Of a stretch of DNA of 32,000 nucleotides, positions 18,485 to 27,718 are shown piece after piece. This DNA is from Paenibacillus phage Callan: the sequence record OP503989.1. One strand, given 5' to 3'. Every line of letters starts with the position of its first letter. The stretch's first letter is position 1. The notes beneath the pieces are model-generated. The model searched no databases. It was given only the letters and a program-made list of their open reading frames with translations, and was not told the DNA's origin. Position numbers and translations under genes: made by a program.

Positions 18485-18525
18485 TTTGCAACCATTCTCC
18501 AATTAAGAGCTAATTTTTGCGACCA
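18485..18525 (+). repeat. Paired decamer element copy C4: TTTGCAACCA / TTTGCGACCA at 31-bp pitch
   Basis: 18485-18494 and 18516-18525. Confidence 0.9.
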
Positions 18526-18552
18526 GATCGTTTGTGTTTTTAGAAACGGAAA

Positions 18553-18585
18553 AAAGAGCCTTGAGGTGCTTCCTCAAGACTCTTT
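18553..18585 (-). terminator. Terminator of the minus-strand Panacea/RelA-like operon
   Basis: AAAGAGCCTTGAGG-tgctt-CCTCAAGACTCTTT with A-rich left flank giving a T-tract on the minus strand. Confidence 0.7.
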
Positions 18586-18625
18586 CTACACGATTCAAAT
18601 CCACGTTGCACCAGGTAGGTGCCTG

Positions 18626-19375
18626 CTACTGAACAAATTTATGGTATCTCTTGATCAATTCATCCGTAATTTCATAATTCATTCCTTTTACATAAACCCT
18701 TTTCCAAGGGCCTCCTACTTGATGTGTTTTTTTAACAAGTTCTCCTGCTGAATATGACTCGTATTTATCTAGGACCTTTAATATGAATCCAACCGCATAA
18801 ATACCATGCTCAGAAGATGCTACTCTCATGAAAGAAGGTGTAACGGCGAATTCATCCGTATAAATACAAAAATACTCATCTTCTTTATAATCAATTTCAG
18901 AAGAACCATGAACCTTATATTTATGAAAAACCTCTTCTACCACTGGGCCGTATTCAAATGCTACAATTGGTTCTTTGAATAACTTTTTGCCTGTAGCCAG
19001 TAAAAAATCTGCATATACATAGTATAACAGCTTCTGCAATTTTAAATGTGATACTTGTACAGTGGATACTATAAATTTAGCTACATCATAGGCCTTTAAT
19101 TCCTGATCTTCTGCTATAAGCCTAACAAATTTTTCTATATCAGTCGTTACAAAAACATCCTCGAAAAATGAATCTTTTTCTACGACTGATCGCCAAGTAA
19201 CAGAATCTGTAGCAATTTTGTGAATGCCTAATTGAGCATCACTATATTTTTCCTCGACTCTACTCATAAATTGCTTTATCAAAGCTTTGTCAAGTTTCCC
19301 CTCTGAAGCATAATGCCAGCCGATACGCATTCCTTTTACATAGTTACTCATTATTGCTACAAAGTGAAATGCCAT
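18626..19375 (-). CDS. Panacea (PanA/SocA-like) antitoxin with ~90-aa N-terminal extension
   Basis: AYDVAKFIVSTVQVSHLKLQKLLYYVYADFLLATGKKLFKEPIVAFEYGPVVEEVFHKY; AAGGAGGTG 7 bp before ATG 19375; supplied ORF starts at TTG 19381. Confidence 0.85.
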   Translation of the reverse strand: MAFHFVAIMSNYVKGMRIGWHYASEGKLDKALIKQFMSRVEEKYSDAQLGIHKIATDSVTWRSVVEKDSFFEDVFVTTDIEKFVRLIAEDQELKAYDVAKFIVSTVQVSHLKLQKLLYYVYADFLLATGKKLFKEPIVAFEYGPVVEEVFHKYKVHGSSEIDYKEDEYFCIYTDEFAVTPSFMRVASSEHGIYAVGFILKVLDKYESYSAGELVKKTHQVGGPWKRVYVKGMNYEITDELIKRYHKFVQ

Positions 19376-19377
19376 GT

Positions 19378-20139
19378 TCAAACACCTCCTTCATGTTCTT
19401 TTGAATTTTTATATGTATTAGGCCATTTTATGTACTCGCGTTTACTTTTATGTGTTTTATGTAATTGTTCATTTTCCTTCTCATGCGCTTTATTCCATAT
19501 TTGAAGTTCCCAAGGAAAAGCTTGATTATTAACATAAAAATAAATATGAGTACCTCGATAACCCTCAATGGATCTATTTTCTATTTTTATTTTATGAGTC
19601 GACTTTATTTTTTGATACAAGTCATTGAATTTATTACAATTGTAGTCAAATCCGCCAATTAATATTCTGATTCCCAATAAATCATTCAAACACTTGTTTA
19701 TTGGAACTTTCCCTTCCTCTTTTTTTCCTGTCTTATAAAAAATCAATTTATGCATTATTGATTCCATTTGTTTCACTCTCATGCGCAAATGCAAATCGGC
19801 ATAATCATATTCCAATTCAGTTTCAACAATGAAGGCTCTAAGCATCTCATGATAATTTTGGACTAAAGAATAAAAATCCTCTTTGACAATATTAAGTCCA
19901 TCTTCAAAGGTATCCCTAACCAACTGTTTCTTCATATTTATTAACCGGTTTCTACATTCTTTTAAATATTCATTTGAGAATTCTCCATGTATATCACTAA
20001 TTTCAGTTATCAAGTGTATTATAGGTTTGTAATCAATGCTTATAATAGTTCCTAACCGCTGACTGAAATCCATCCTTTTTAACCACCACCAAACAATTGT
20101 TGTACTTTTGCCCGTACTCTTTTGCTGCTCTTTAGCCAT
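19378..20139 (-). CDS. RelA/SpoT-like nucleotidyltransferase, candidate toxSAS toxin
   Basis: RVKQMESIMHKL, CLNDLLGIRILIG, SIEGYRGTHIYFYVNNQAFPWELQIWNKAHE match the (p)ppGpp synthetase fold motifs; standalone without HD or TGS/ACT; directly coupled to the Panacea gene. Confidence 0.8.
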   Translation of the reverse strand: MAKEQQKSTGKSTTIVWWWLKRMDFSQRLGTIISIDYKPIIHLITEISDIHGEFSNEYLKECRNRLINMKKQLVRDTFEDGLNIVKEDFYSLVQNYHEMLRAFIVETELEYDYADLHLRMRVKQMESIMHKLIFYKTGKKEEGKVPINKCLNDLLGIRILIGGFDYNCNKFNDLYQKIKSTHKIKIENRSIEGYRGTHIYFYVNNQAFPWELQIWNKAHEKENEQLHKTHKSKREYIKWPNTYKNSKEHEGGV

Positions 20140-20363
20140 CAGTTAGGACTCTAGCATAATAATTAATTAAGGTTTAAGCTATCTTCGATATCTTAAACTT
20201 ATAAAACACTTCTACACGCCTCAATAGAACTCCTTCTAAATTAGCGAAATATTTAACAAAAATTTCTATGTTTTTTGAAAAATGCGCAGGCCAGAACCCA
20301 CGGATTCTCTTACTGCAACCTCTTTATGTTTTTACAACTGGAGTTGAATCGAAATACAAAAAA

Positions 20364-20390
20364 AGCGCCAAAATTAACTTCCTAGGCGCT
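20364..20390 (-). terminator. Minus-strand terminator-like hairpin
   Basis: AGCGCC...GGCGCT with seven A's at 20357-20363 (T-tract on minus strand). Confidence 0.5.
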
Positions 20391-20590
20391 CGCGGCTTAA
20401 TGTACAAAGAAATAGCTCCCCAAAGAGCCATTATGAAAATGTTCGATGGGAAACCAACAATTCCTATATAAAGTAGCATATCTTACGCCGCCTTACAAGT
20501 CACAGCCCTTTTCTAAAAGAGGCTCAAACAGTCCAATCAGTACCTAGATCTTATCATACAATGATATTGAGCCTAAAGGAAAGGAGTGTT

Positions 20591-20752
20591 ATGAGTGGGC
20601 CAAGTATACGGAAATGGAGCTTCATGTGGAGGTTACGGAGGATTCACAAGTACATCAGCTATTTTAGTCTTGTTTATTCTATTGGTCATTATTTCACGTT
20701 CTATATGGTGGTAGGGATCTTTAAAGTAAAAAGATCACGAAGGCAGACGTAA
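20591..20752 (+). CDS. Small hypothetical protein (53 aa, hydrophobic centre)
   Basis: AAGGAAAGGAG RBS upstream of ATG 20591: MSGPSIRKWSFMWRLRRIHKYISYFSLVYSIGHYFTFYMVVGIFKVKRSRRQT; followed by a strong terminator. Confidence 0.45.
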   Translation: MSGPSIRKWSFMWRLRRIHKYISYFSLVYSIGHYFTFYMVVGIFKVKRSRRQT

Positions 20753-20776
20753 AGTTGCCTTCGTGATCTTATTTTT
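20731..20776 (+). terminator. Rho-independent terminator
   Basis: Perfect 15-bp stem AAGATCACGAAGGCA / TGCCTTCGTGATCTT then ATTTTT. Confidence 0.9.
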
Positions 20777-20888
20777 GTGTGAAAAGCCCGAACAGTTTTT
20801 GGCATTCTGACATAGCATAATGTAATTTCTTGTTAATTATTTCAATGGGATTCATTTTGGTTAAAAAAACTTTTAGGGAGAGGATTAA

Positions 20889-22451
<1,563 letters not shown>

Positions 22452-22572
22452 ACTTAATAAGTCTAACTGGAGAAAATTAGTAAAATAAAAGATAGTGAAG
22501 GTGTAAAGTTCATTTTATTGGTCATTATCTCACGTTCTGTATGGTTGTAAAAAGAGATTTTATGAAATGAGG

Positions 22573-22600
22573 ATAACCTGTCTTAGCGGCAGGTTATTTT
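22573..22600 (+). terminator. Rho-independent terminator of the M4 protease gene
   Basis: ATAACCTG-tcttagcgg-CAGGTTAT TTTT. Confidence 0.8.
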
Positions 22601-22746
22601 TGCGCAAAATAAAAAGCCCCGAAGGGCTGCAACCAATTTTAAAATTACATTATAAATAAAAGGTAATATGTGGTACAATGGTACAAGCAATAGTGGCTTA
22701 CGTGGGAGGTCGGCGCCATCCCTTAAATAGAAAGGGGGTGACGCCA

Positions 22747-22827
22747 ATGGAGACGTTTCAAGCTCTTCAATTAATGTTCCTATTCGGAATGTTTATTCTA
22801 GCGCTTCTAACGTTTATAAAAAAATAG
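22747..22827 (+). CDS. Type I toxin, putative holin-like toxin (Hol_Tox; TxpA/BsrG-like), 26 aa; not in supplied track
   Basis: AAAGGGGGTG RBS then METFQALQLMFLFGMFILALLTFIKK, matching the MxTFxALxLMxxFGxF..LLTFI pattern. Confidence 0.85.
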   Translation: METFQALQLMFLFGMFILALLTFIKK

Positions 22828-22948
22828 ACCGCCCACCGTGCAAAGGTTAAGTGCGATCTATTCGTAAAAACCCTATAAGCCGACCGCCTAGTAGCGCGGC
22901 TATTGCTGACCGTGGACGTTAGCGCGTCTGCGGTCATTTTTAGTATAT
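22815..22948 (-). ncRNA. Probable antisense antitoxin RNA of the type I module (ends approximate)
   Basis: Minus-strand TATACT -10-like box near 22955; minus-strand terminator TAGATCGC...GCGGTCTATTTTTTT overlapping the toxin 3' end. Confidence 0.55.
22909..22942 (+). terminator. Terminator of the toxin mRNA
   Basis: TGACCG...CGGTCATTTTT. Confidence 0.65.
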
Positions 22949-23045
22949 GCTTGACACCATTATTTTAACATAAGTTTATTTTAATTAACAAGTTTATGTG
23001 TTTTTGTGGTTTTTACAAAATAAAAAGCCCCGAAGGGCTTATAAC

Positions 23046-23432
23046 TTATTTTAATCCAATTTGAGCTTTGGACGTTAGCTTTCCACCTTGGAAAGTAAAA
23101 GTACCATTTGATCCAATATCAGATCCTTTCCAAATATATGTAGCCATATGGAATTCTGATCCTTTTTCTCCAGATTCCATTGATAATTCTCCTTCGGATC
23201 CAATCATATCTTTAACTTCCTCATATTTCATCCCGTTTTGGATTTTGTCAAACATCTCTTTTGTGATCGTACCTTCTGTCTTTGGTGCTTCGGATGCTTT
23301 TGGTGTTTCTGATGCCTTAGGTGCTTCAGATGCTGCTGGTTTGTTTGCGTCAGCCGCTGTTTCTTTATCTCCACAAGCGGCTAAAACCCCCACAAGAGCG
23401 ATGATAGTTATGATTCCCAAAAACTTCTTCAT
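23046..23432 (-). CDS. Small lipoprotein, DUF3862/SmpA-OmlA-like domain
   Basis: Lipobox IIALVGVLAACGDKE; low-complexity SEAPKASE linker; C-terminal TKEMFDKIQNGMKYEEVKDMIG motif; ATG 23432. Confidence 0.8.
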   Translation of the reverse strand: MKKFLGIITIIALVGVLAACGDKETAADANKPAASEAPKASETPKASEAPKTEGTITKEMFDKIQNGMKYEEVKDMIGSEGELSMESGEKGSEFHMATYIWKGSDIGSNGTFTFQGGKLTSKAQIGLK

Positions 23433-23548
23433 TATAATCTCTCCTTTTCCATGATTGGTAACCAAATATAACCAATATCCAGTTTACCAATTGTATACGG
23501 TACAAGCAATACTATGTTTCAAATTCAGGTAAAAGAAGTTGTCCACCA

Positions 23549-23568
23549 TTGCCCACATTTTGCCCACA
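23549..23568 (+). repeat. Candidate integrase arm-type site 1
   Basis: TTGCCCACATTTTGCCCACA; 18/20 match to 23771-23790. Confidence 0.5.
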
Positions 23569-23605
23569 GTGGGGCTTATTTTGGCTTGTTTTTGCATGTT
23601 TTTAG

Positions 23606-23625
23606 ACGGGCAATTACGGGCAATT
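23606..23625 (+). repeat. Perfect tandem decamer ACGGGCAATT x2 in the candidate attP interval
   Basis: acgggcaattacgggcaatt. Confidence 0.8.
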
Positions 23626-23770
23626 GGAAACCCCAAAAAACCTTAGTGGGAAAGGGTTTAACGGGATTTAAAGGGCATAGGCGGGCATGGTGAGATAAGT
23701 TTGAGTCTAACTACAAACTAAATAAATTGAACTCCTTTAATATAAGATTTCTAAGTACTTTTCAGTTTGT

Positions 23771-23790
23771 TTGACCACATTTTGACCACA
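23771..23790 (+). repeat. Candidate integrase arm-type site 2
   Basis: TTGACCACATTTTGACCACA directly abutting the integrase stop. Confidence 0.5.
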
Positions 23791-24885
23791 TTAAAAATTA
23801 AATGCTGAATTTAGTTTCTCTGCCACTGCCTTTTGCATGTTAGGAAGAACGTGTGAATACGTTCCTAGGGTGACGTTAATGTTAGCATGTCCCAATCTTT
23901 CCTGAACTACTTTTGGATTCTCTCCCATCTGTAACAAAATCGTAGCGTGAGTATGTCTAAAGTCGTGAAAACGTATTTTTGGGACATCACATAATGTAAA
24001 ATCATGTTTTAGGTGTTTGTCGAGTACAGAAGGGTATAGTAAATCATGTTTGGAGCCAGTAACTACTAGATTACTAGAATTCTGACTTTGTTTTAACTTA
24101 TATTGTCTCAAGTAATTTACAACAAAATCAGGCAGGCTAATAGTCCTATATGCCGCTGCTGTTTTTGGCCGTTTTAAGTATAATTTATTTCCAGCGTACA
24201 CAATAGTTTGTTGCACGCATATATTTTTGTTTTTAAAGTCAACATGATCCCATTGTAAACCTAAAATTTCCCCTTTCCTCATTCCAGTGGTCAGTGCGAG
24301 CAAATAGATAACATGATACCTGCAATTTTTTGTAGCCTCTAGAAATCGCTGAGATTCTTCCAGAGTCCATACGGTCATTTTAGTTTTTTTGTAAGATGGT
24401 TTTTTAACAAGACCCGCTACATCCTTACTCATATATCCCCATTCAGTGGCAGTCCTTATAGTTTTGGTTACTAGATTTCCTATGTTTTGTATATGACCGT
24501 TAGAAAACCCTTTTTTCGTTAGAGAAACGTATAACTTTTGAATGTCCATTGGCGTAAGTTTGTTTAATTCAATGTGACCGATATGGGGAAGGATGTGATT
24601 TTTCGGAAATGCTACTTGAGCCGTATATGTATTAGTAGCTACGCTTTGTTTTACCGTAGAATCAAGGAAATTGAGCATAAACTCTTCTACAGTAATTTTA
24701 TTTGTTACTGCCGCTAAATTTCCTTTTTCAATTTCAGCAATTAATAGGGCACAGGCCTTTTCGGCCTCTTTTTTTGTTTTGAAACCACTTACCGTTTTTT
24801 GTTTTCGCTTTCCCGTTTTAACGTCTTTACCTATATCCAAAGTGAAAGACCATTTCTCACCACGTTTTCTAAAATACCCTTTCAT
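23791..24885 (-). CDS. int: Tyrosine recombinase phage integrase
   Basis: AP2-like N-terminus; TTGMRKGEILGLQW, HDFRHTHATILLQMG, LGHANINVTLGTYSHV (R...H-x-x-R...H...Y). Confidence 0.95.
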   Translation of the reverse strand: MKGYFRKRGEKWSFTLDIGKDVKTGKRKQKTVSGFKTKKEAEKACALLIAEIEKGNLAAVTNKITVEEFMLNFLDSTVKQSVATNTYTAQVAFPKNHILPHIGHIELNKLTPMDIQKLYVSLTKKGFSNGHIQNIGNLVTKTIRTATEWGYMSKDVAGLVKKPSYKKTKMTVWTLEESQRFLEATKNCRYHVIYLLALTTGMRKGEILGLQWDHVDFKNKNICVQQTIVYAGNKLYLKRPKTAAAYRTISLPDFVVNYLRQYKLKQSQNSSNLVVTGSKHDLLYPSVLDKHLKHDFTLCDVPKIRFHDFRHTHATILLQMGENPKVVQERLGHANINVTLGTYSHVLPNMQKAVAEKLNSAFNF

Positions 24886-24891
24886 TAGTTC

Positions 24892-25821
24892 TCACCTCAT
24901 TTTATCCATTTTAAAATGTCCGTCATAAACTCCGCACATAATTATCTCATTTGGAAATACTTCCAAAGGGTTAATTGAATCATTTCCTGAAACAAGTTGA
25001 ATCTTCGGTGATCCTTCTGTCCATTTCATTCTTTTTAACATGCCATCTTGTCCGTTAATAATAACCCCGACAATTTGACCGTTATATTCCGCCCATTTTG
25101 TTTTGCGCAAAAATACAATGTCATCAATTTCTATTCCGGCTTTACTCATAGAATTATCCTTTATTCTGAGAGCAAAATCTGGTTGCTTCCTGCTCAAAAA
25201 GGGGTAATGGATATATTCTTCGATTGCTTCGTTTGCAATTAATCCTTTTCCATCATAAAGAGAGCGGATTAAAGGTATTGGAATTACGTTTTTGCTTTGG
25301 GATATATACGTTCCTAGTTTTGGTGAATATTTTTTTTGAACAGATTCTAGTGCTTCAATTAGTTTTTGTTTTTTCTCTAATTCCAAGTCGTTTCTAACAT
25401 AAACGGCTTCCAGTTGTTCTTTAGAAGTTTCCAAAACGTCTAAATTTATCGTCTTAAATGCATGAACAATATCATTTTGAATTTCCTCGTCAAATTGTTG
25501 AATTTGTATCAGACGGTCTATCAAGGTAAAGGCTTTTTTATCGAGCTGTTCGTTTTCATTCATAAAATGAGTTAAGTATTTTTCATGATCTTCTTCTAAG
25601 CCATCCAGGTACCCTGCTACTTTCATTAATTCCCCGTACGTTACATTCCTAAGATGTTTAGCAATGTGCATCAAGGTTTCTGGTGTAGGCTTTTGAATGT
25701 TTTTTTCAATTCGCGATAATGTTGCTGGGGAAATACTTGAAACGTCGGCAAATTCCTTTTGTGTTTTATACCCATAATTGATTCTAGACTGCCTGATTAG
25801 ATCTCCAACTTTTGTTTCCAT
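24892..25821 (-). CDS. XRE HTH plus S24 peptidase-like CI-type repressor
   Basis: TQKEFADVSSISPATLSRIEKN HTH; C-terminal ALRIKDNSMSKAGIEIDDIVFLRKTKWAEYNGQIVGVII LexA/S24 pattern. Confidence 0.9.
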   Translation of the reverse strand: METKVGDLIRQSRINYGYKTQKEFADVSSISPATLSRIEKNIQKPTPETLMHIAKHLRNVTYGELMKVAGYLDGLEEDHEKYLTHFMNENEQLDKKAFTLIDRLIQIQQFDEEIQNDIVHAFKTINLDVLETSKEQLEAVYVRNDLELEKKQKLIEALESVQKKYSPKLGTYISQSKNVIPIPLIRSLYDGKGLIANEAIEEYIHYPFLSRKQPDFALRIKDNSMSKAGIEIDDIVFLRKTKWAEYNGQIVGVIINGQDGMLKRMKWTEGSPKIQLVSGNDSINPLEVFPNEIIMCGVYDGHFKMDKMR

Positions 25822-25873
25822 GGATTTTAAGAATCTCCCTTCAAATAATGCGTCGGAATAATAGTAACATAAA

Positions 25874-25891
25874 AATTGCGTGTACGCAATT
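25874..25891. promoter_or_regulatory. Candidate repressor/Cro operator 1
   Basis: AATTGCGT-GT-ACGCAATT inverted repeat (core TTGCG-N4-CGCAA). Confidence 0.65.
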
Positions 25892-25907
25892 AAAATTGCT
25901 GAATATA

Positions 25908-25936
25908 TTGCGCAAGAAAAGAAATTGTACTATAAT
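25908..25936 (+). promoter_or_regulatory. Candidate early promoter with -35 TTGCGC inside palindrome TTGCGCAA, 17-bp spacer, -10 TATAAT
   Basis: TTGCGC 25908-25913, TATAAT 25931-25936. Confidence 0.7.
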
Positions 25937-25968
25937 CAAATTGAGTCAACGAAATAATTAAAATAAAA

Positions 25969-25982
25969 TTGCGAATGCGCAA
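25969..25982. promoter_or_regulatory. Candidate repressor/Cro operator 2
   Basis: TTGCG-AATG-CGCAA, same 5-4-5 architecture as operator 1. Confidence 0.6.
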
Positions 25983-26000
25983 ATACGAGGAGGTATAACC

Positions 26001-26288
26001 ATGAAAAAATATGTCATTCGCCTAAAGACGAAAGAACTAATGAAGGCACAGATAGACAAGGATATCTCTAGTGATGCAAAACTTGCGGAACTAATGAATG
26101 TTAACGTAACTCAAATTTGGAGAGCGAAGTTGCCAGTTTCTGATAAAAGACATAATACTCCAGGGAATCAATTTATAGCTGGTGTTATGCAGGTTTTTGG
26201 TGGAAAATTTGATGATTTTTTCTATATAGAAGAAATTGTTGACCAAAAGAAAGCAAATAAACCAGGCGAACAAAAAAATGCAGTATAA
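26001..26288 (+). CDS. Cro-like HTH regulator
   Basis: First gene divergent from repressor; RBS GAGGAGG; DAKLAELMNVNVTQIWRAKLP HTH-like. Confidence 0.65.
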   Translation: MKKYVIRLKTKELMKAQIDKDISSDAKLAELMNVNVTQIWRAKLPVSDKRHNTPGNQFIAGVMQVFGGKFDDFFYIEEIVDQKKANKPGEQKNAV

Positions 26289-26312
26289 ATTTTAGGAAAG
26301 GGATGAGGGTAG

Positions 26313-26534
26313 TTGAAAAGATTAGAAGAAATGCCTGAGATTCTAACAGCCCAGCAGATTGCTAATTACTTATCAATTTCCCGTAGACGCGTTTATGAAT
26401 TATTTCAAACCAAACCGGAATGCGGTGGAATTCCAAATTTTGAAGTTGGAAAATCAAAACGTGTTTACAAGTATGATTTTACTCAGTGGATTGAAAACAA
26501 AATTAAAGAGAAATCTGCCCAGATTGTTAACTGA
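26313..26534 (+). CDS. Excisionase/MerR-like HTH DNA-binding protein
   Basis: ILTAQQIANYLSISRRRVYELFQ...GIPNFEVGKSKRVYKYDFTQWIE. Confidence 0.8.
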   Translation: MKRLEEMPEILTAQQIANYLSISRRRVYELFQTKPECGGIPNFEVGKSKRVYKYDFTQWIENKIKEKSAQIVN

Positions 26535-26549
26535 AAGGAGGTACCACAC

Positions 26550-26762
26550 ATGACAGAAACCAAAGTCTGCATACACCCCGTACACCGAAGACTGGCTGAG
26601 ATTTGTATGAAACATAGCAATCTATTCGCCCTGTACGAAAATCTCACTGCGGCGGAGATTCAAGAGTTATGGCAATGTTTAAAACGAAACGCCGATCAAA
26701 CAATTGGAAGCATCATTTTATCCAATAAACGAAAAGGAGCTGAAGGAAATGAATCAAGGTAA
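26550..26762 (+). CDS. Hypothetical early phage protein
   Basis: RBS GAAAGGAGG; compact same-strand early operon. Confidence 0.5.
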   Translation: MTETKVCIHPVHRRLAEICMKHSNLFALYENLTAAEIQELWQCLKRNADQTIGSIILSNKRKGAEGNESR

Positions 26763-27003
26763 CAAGGCAATGAACATTACGGAAATGGTAAACAACTTTA
26801 TTGGATCTGAGGTTTCGGGAAGTAGTGAGGATCGAAAACAACTAATGTGTAAGTTGCTTCTTGAAGAGTTGAAGAACGCAAGTGCAGAAGAATTGCTTCC
26901 GTTTTTTAGAGGCGTGGATTACAGAAAATGGGAACGACAAGTTGTAATAACCCTATCGTTCCCAGCAGATACTAGCTGCTCAAACTTCCTTGATGTAACT
27001 TAA
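26749..27003 (+). CDS. Hypothetical early phage protein
   Basis: ATG 26749 overlapping the previous gene; coding context. Confidence 0.45.
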   Translation: MNQGNKAMNITEMVNNFIGSEVSGSSEDRKQLMCKLLLEELKNASAEELLPFFRGVDYRKWERQVVITLSFPADTSCSNFLDVT

Positions 27004-27116
27004 TCCTTTTGTTGTGAGTTCATATCGAATGGGTTTGGCAATAGCAAATACGTCGCTCTCATCTGCAAGATGTCGAATTGCTTTCCAGTCATAAAAATGA
27101 AAAGGAGCTGGGTTGA

Positions 27117-27491
27117 ATGAATGAAAAAACCAAGCCGAACAGCAAGTTTAAAGTAGGAGATTTCGCAATGCTACGGGGAGGAAAAATTGTAGAAATAGTA
27201 AACAAGACGTATCCGGAAAACTATGGAAAGTGGAGATATGACATCTGCTACCTAGACATTGACAAGGTAAAAAATACGGTATCTGGCAATAGGAGAATAC
27301 ACTTGTGCGAAGAAGAACATCTCGAAACTGTGACGGATCCCCACCTGTTACTTCTAATAAAGAAATATGAGTTTGAAACCAAAATACAGCATATCAAAGC
27401 TGAGCTAAAACAATTAGAAACGGATGTAGACAAAATTGAATATGCCCTTGATATCATTACGCCAAAATCAGAGGAGGGAGCAAGAAAATGA
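27117..27491 (+). CDS. Hypothetical early phage protein
   Basis: MNEKTKPNSKFKVGDFAMLRGGKIVEIVNK...; 4-bp overlap style coupling to next gene. Confidence 0.6.
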   Translation: MNEKTKPNSKFKVGDFAMLRGGKIVEIVNKTYPENYGKWRYDICYLDIDKVKNTVSGNRRIHLCEEEHLETVTDPHLLLLIKKYEFETKIQHIKAELKQLETDVDKIEYALDIITPKSEEGARK

Positions 27492-27718
27492 ATGAAATAG
27501 AATCTATAAAAAGACATCTCGAACAACTTAAGTCACAGCTTAATAAAATCAACAGTTATCACGGATGGCTCTATGTGTGGACTCAAGATGAAACGATGGT
27601 TTTTATGGATATCACCATAGACAGTGAGCTACGGGCGCTAATAAAAAGGAAACTCGAAGACAGCATAAAATTTTGCGAAGAACAGCTAAAGGAGAACGAA
27701 AATGAACCAAAAAGCTAA
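27488..27718 (+). CDS. Hypothetical early phage protein
   Basis: Overlapping start; coiled-coil-like protein. Confidence 0.55.
   Translation: MNEIESIKRHLEQLKSQLNKINSYHGWLYVWTQDETMVFMDITIDSELRALIKRKLEDSIKFCEEQLKENENEPKS

Noticed and set aside
16459-18525. Regularly spaced repeats considered as a CRISPR array
   Set aside because: Repeat units are only 10 bp, each copy has just two units, the interiors are shared between copies and there are no cas genes.
20268-20471. 67-aa plus-strand ORF after the RelA-like gene
   Set aside because: No RBS, and it covers a hairpin that looks like a minus-strand terminator; unsupported as coding.
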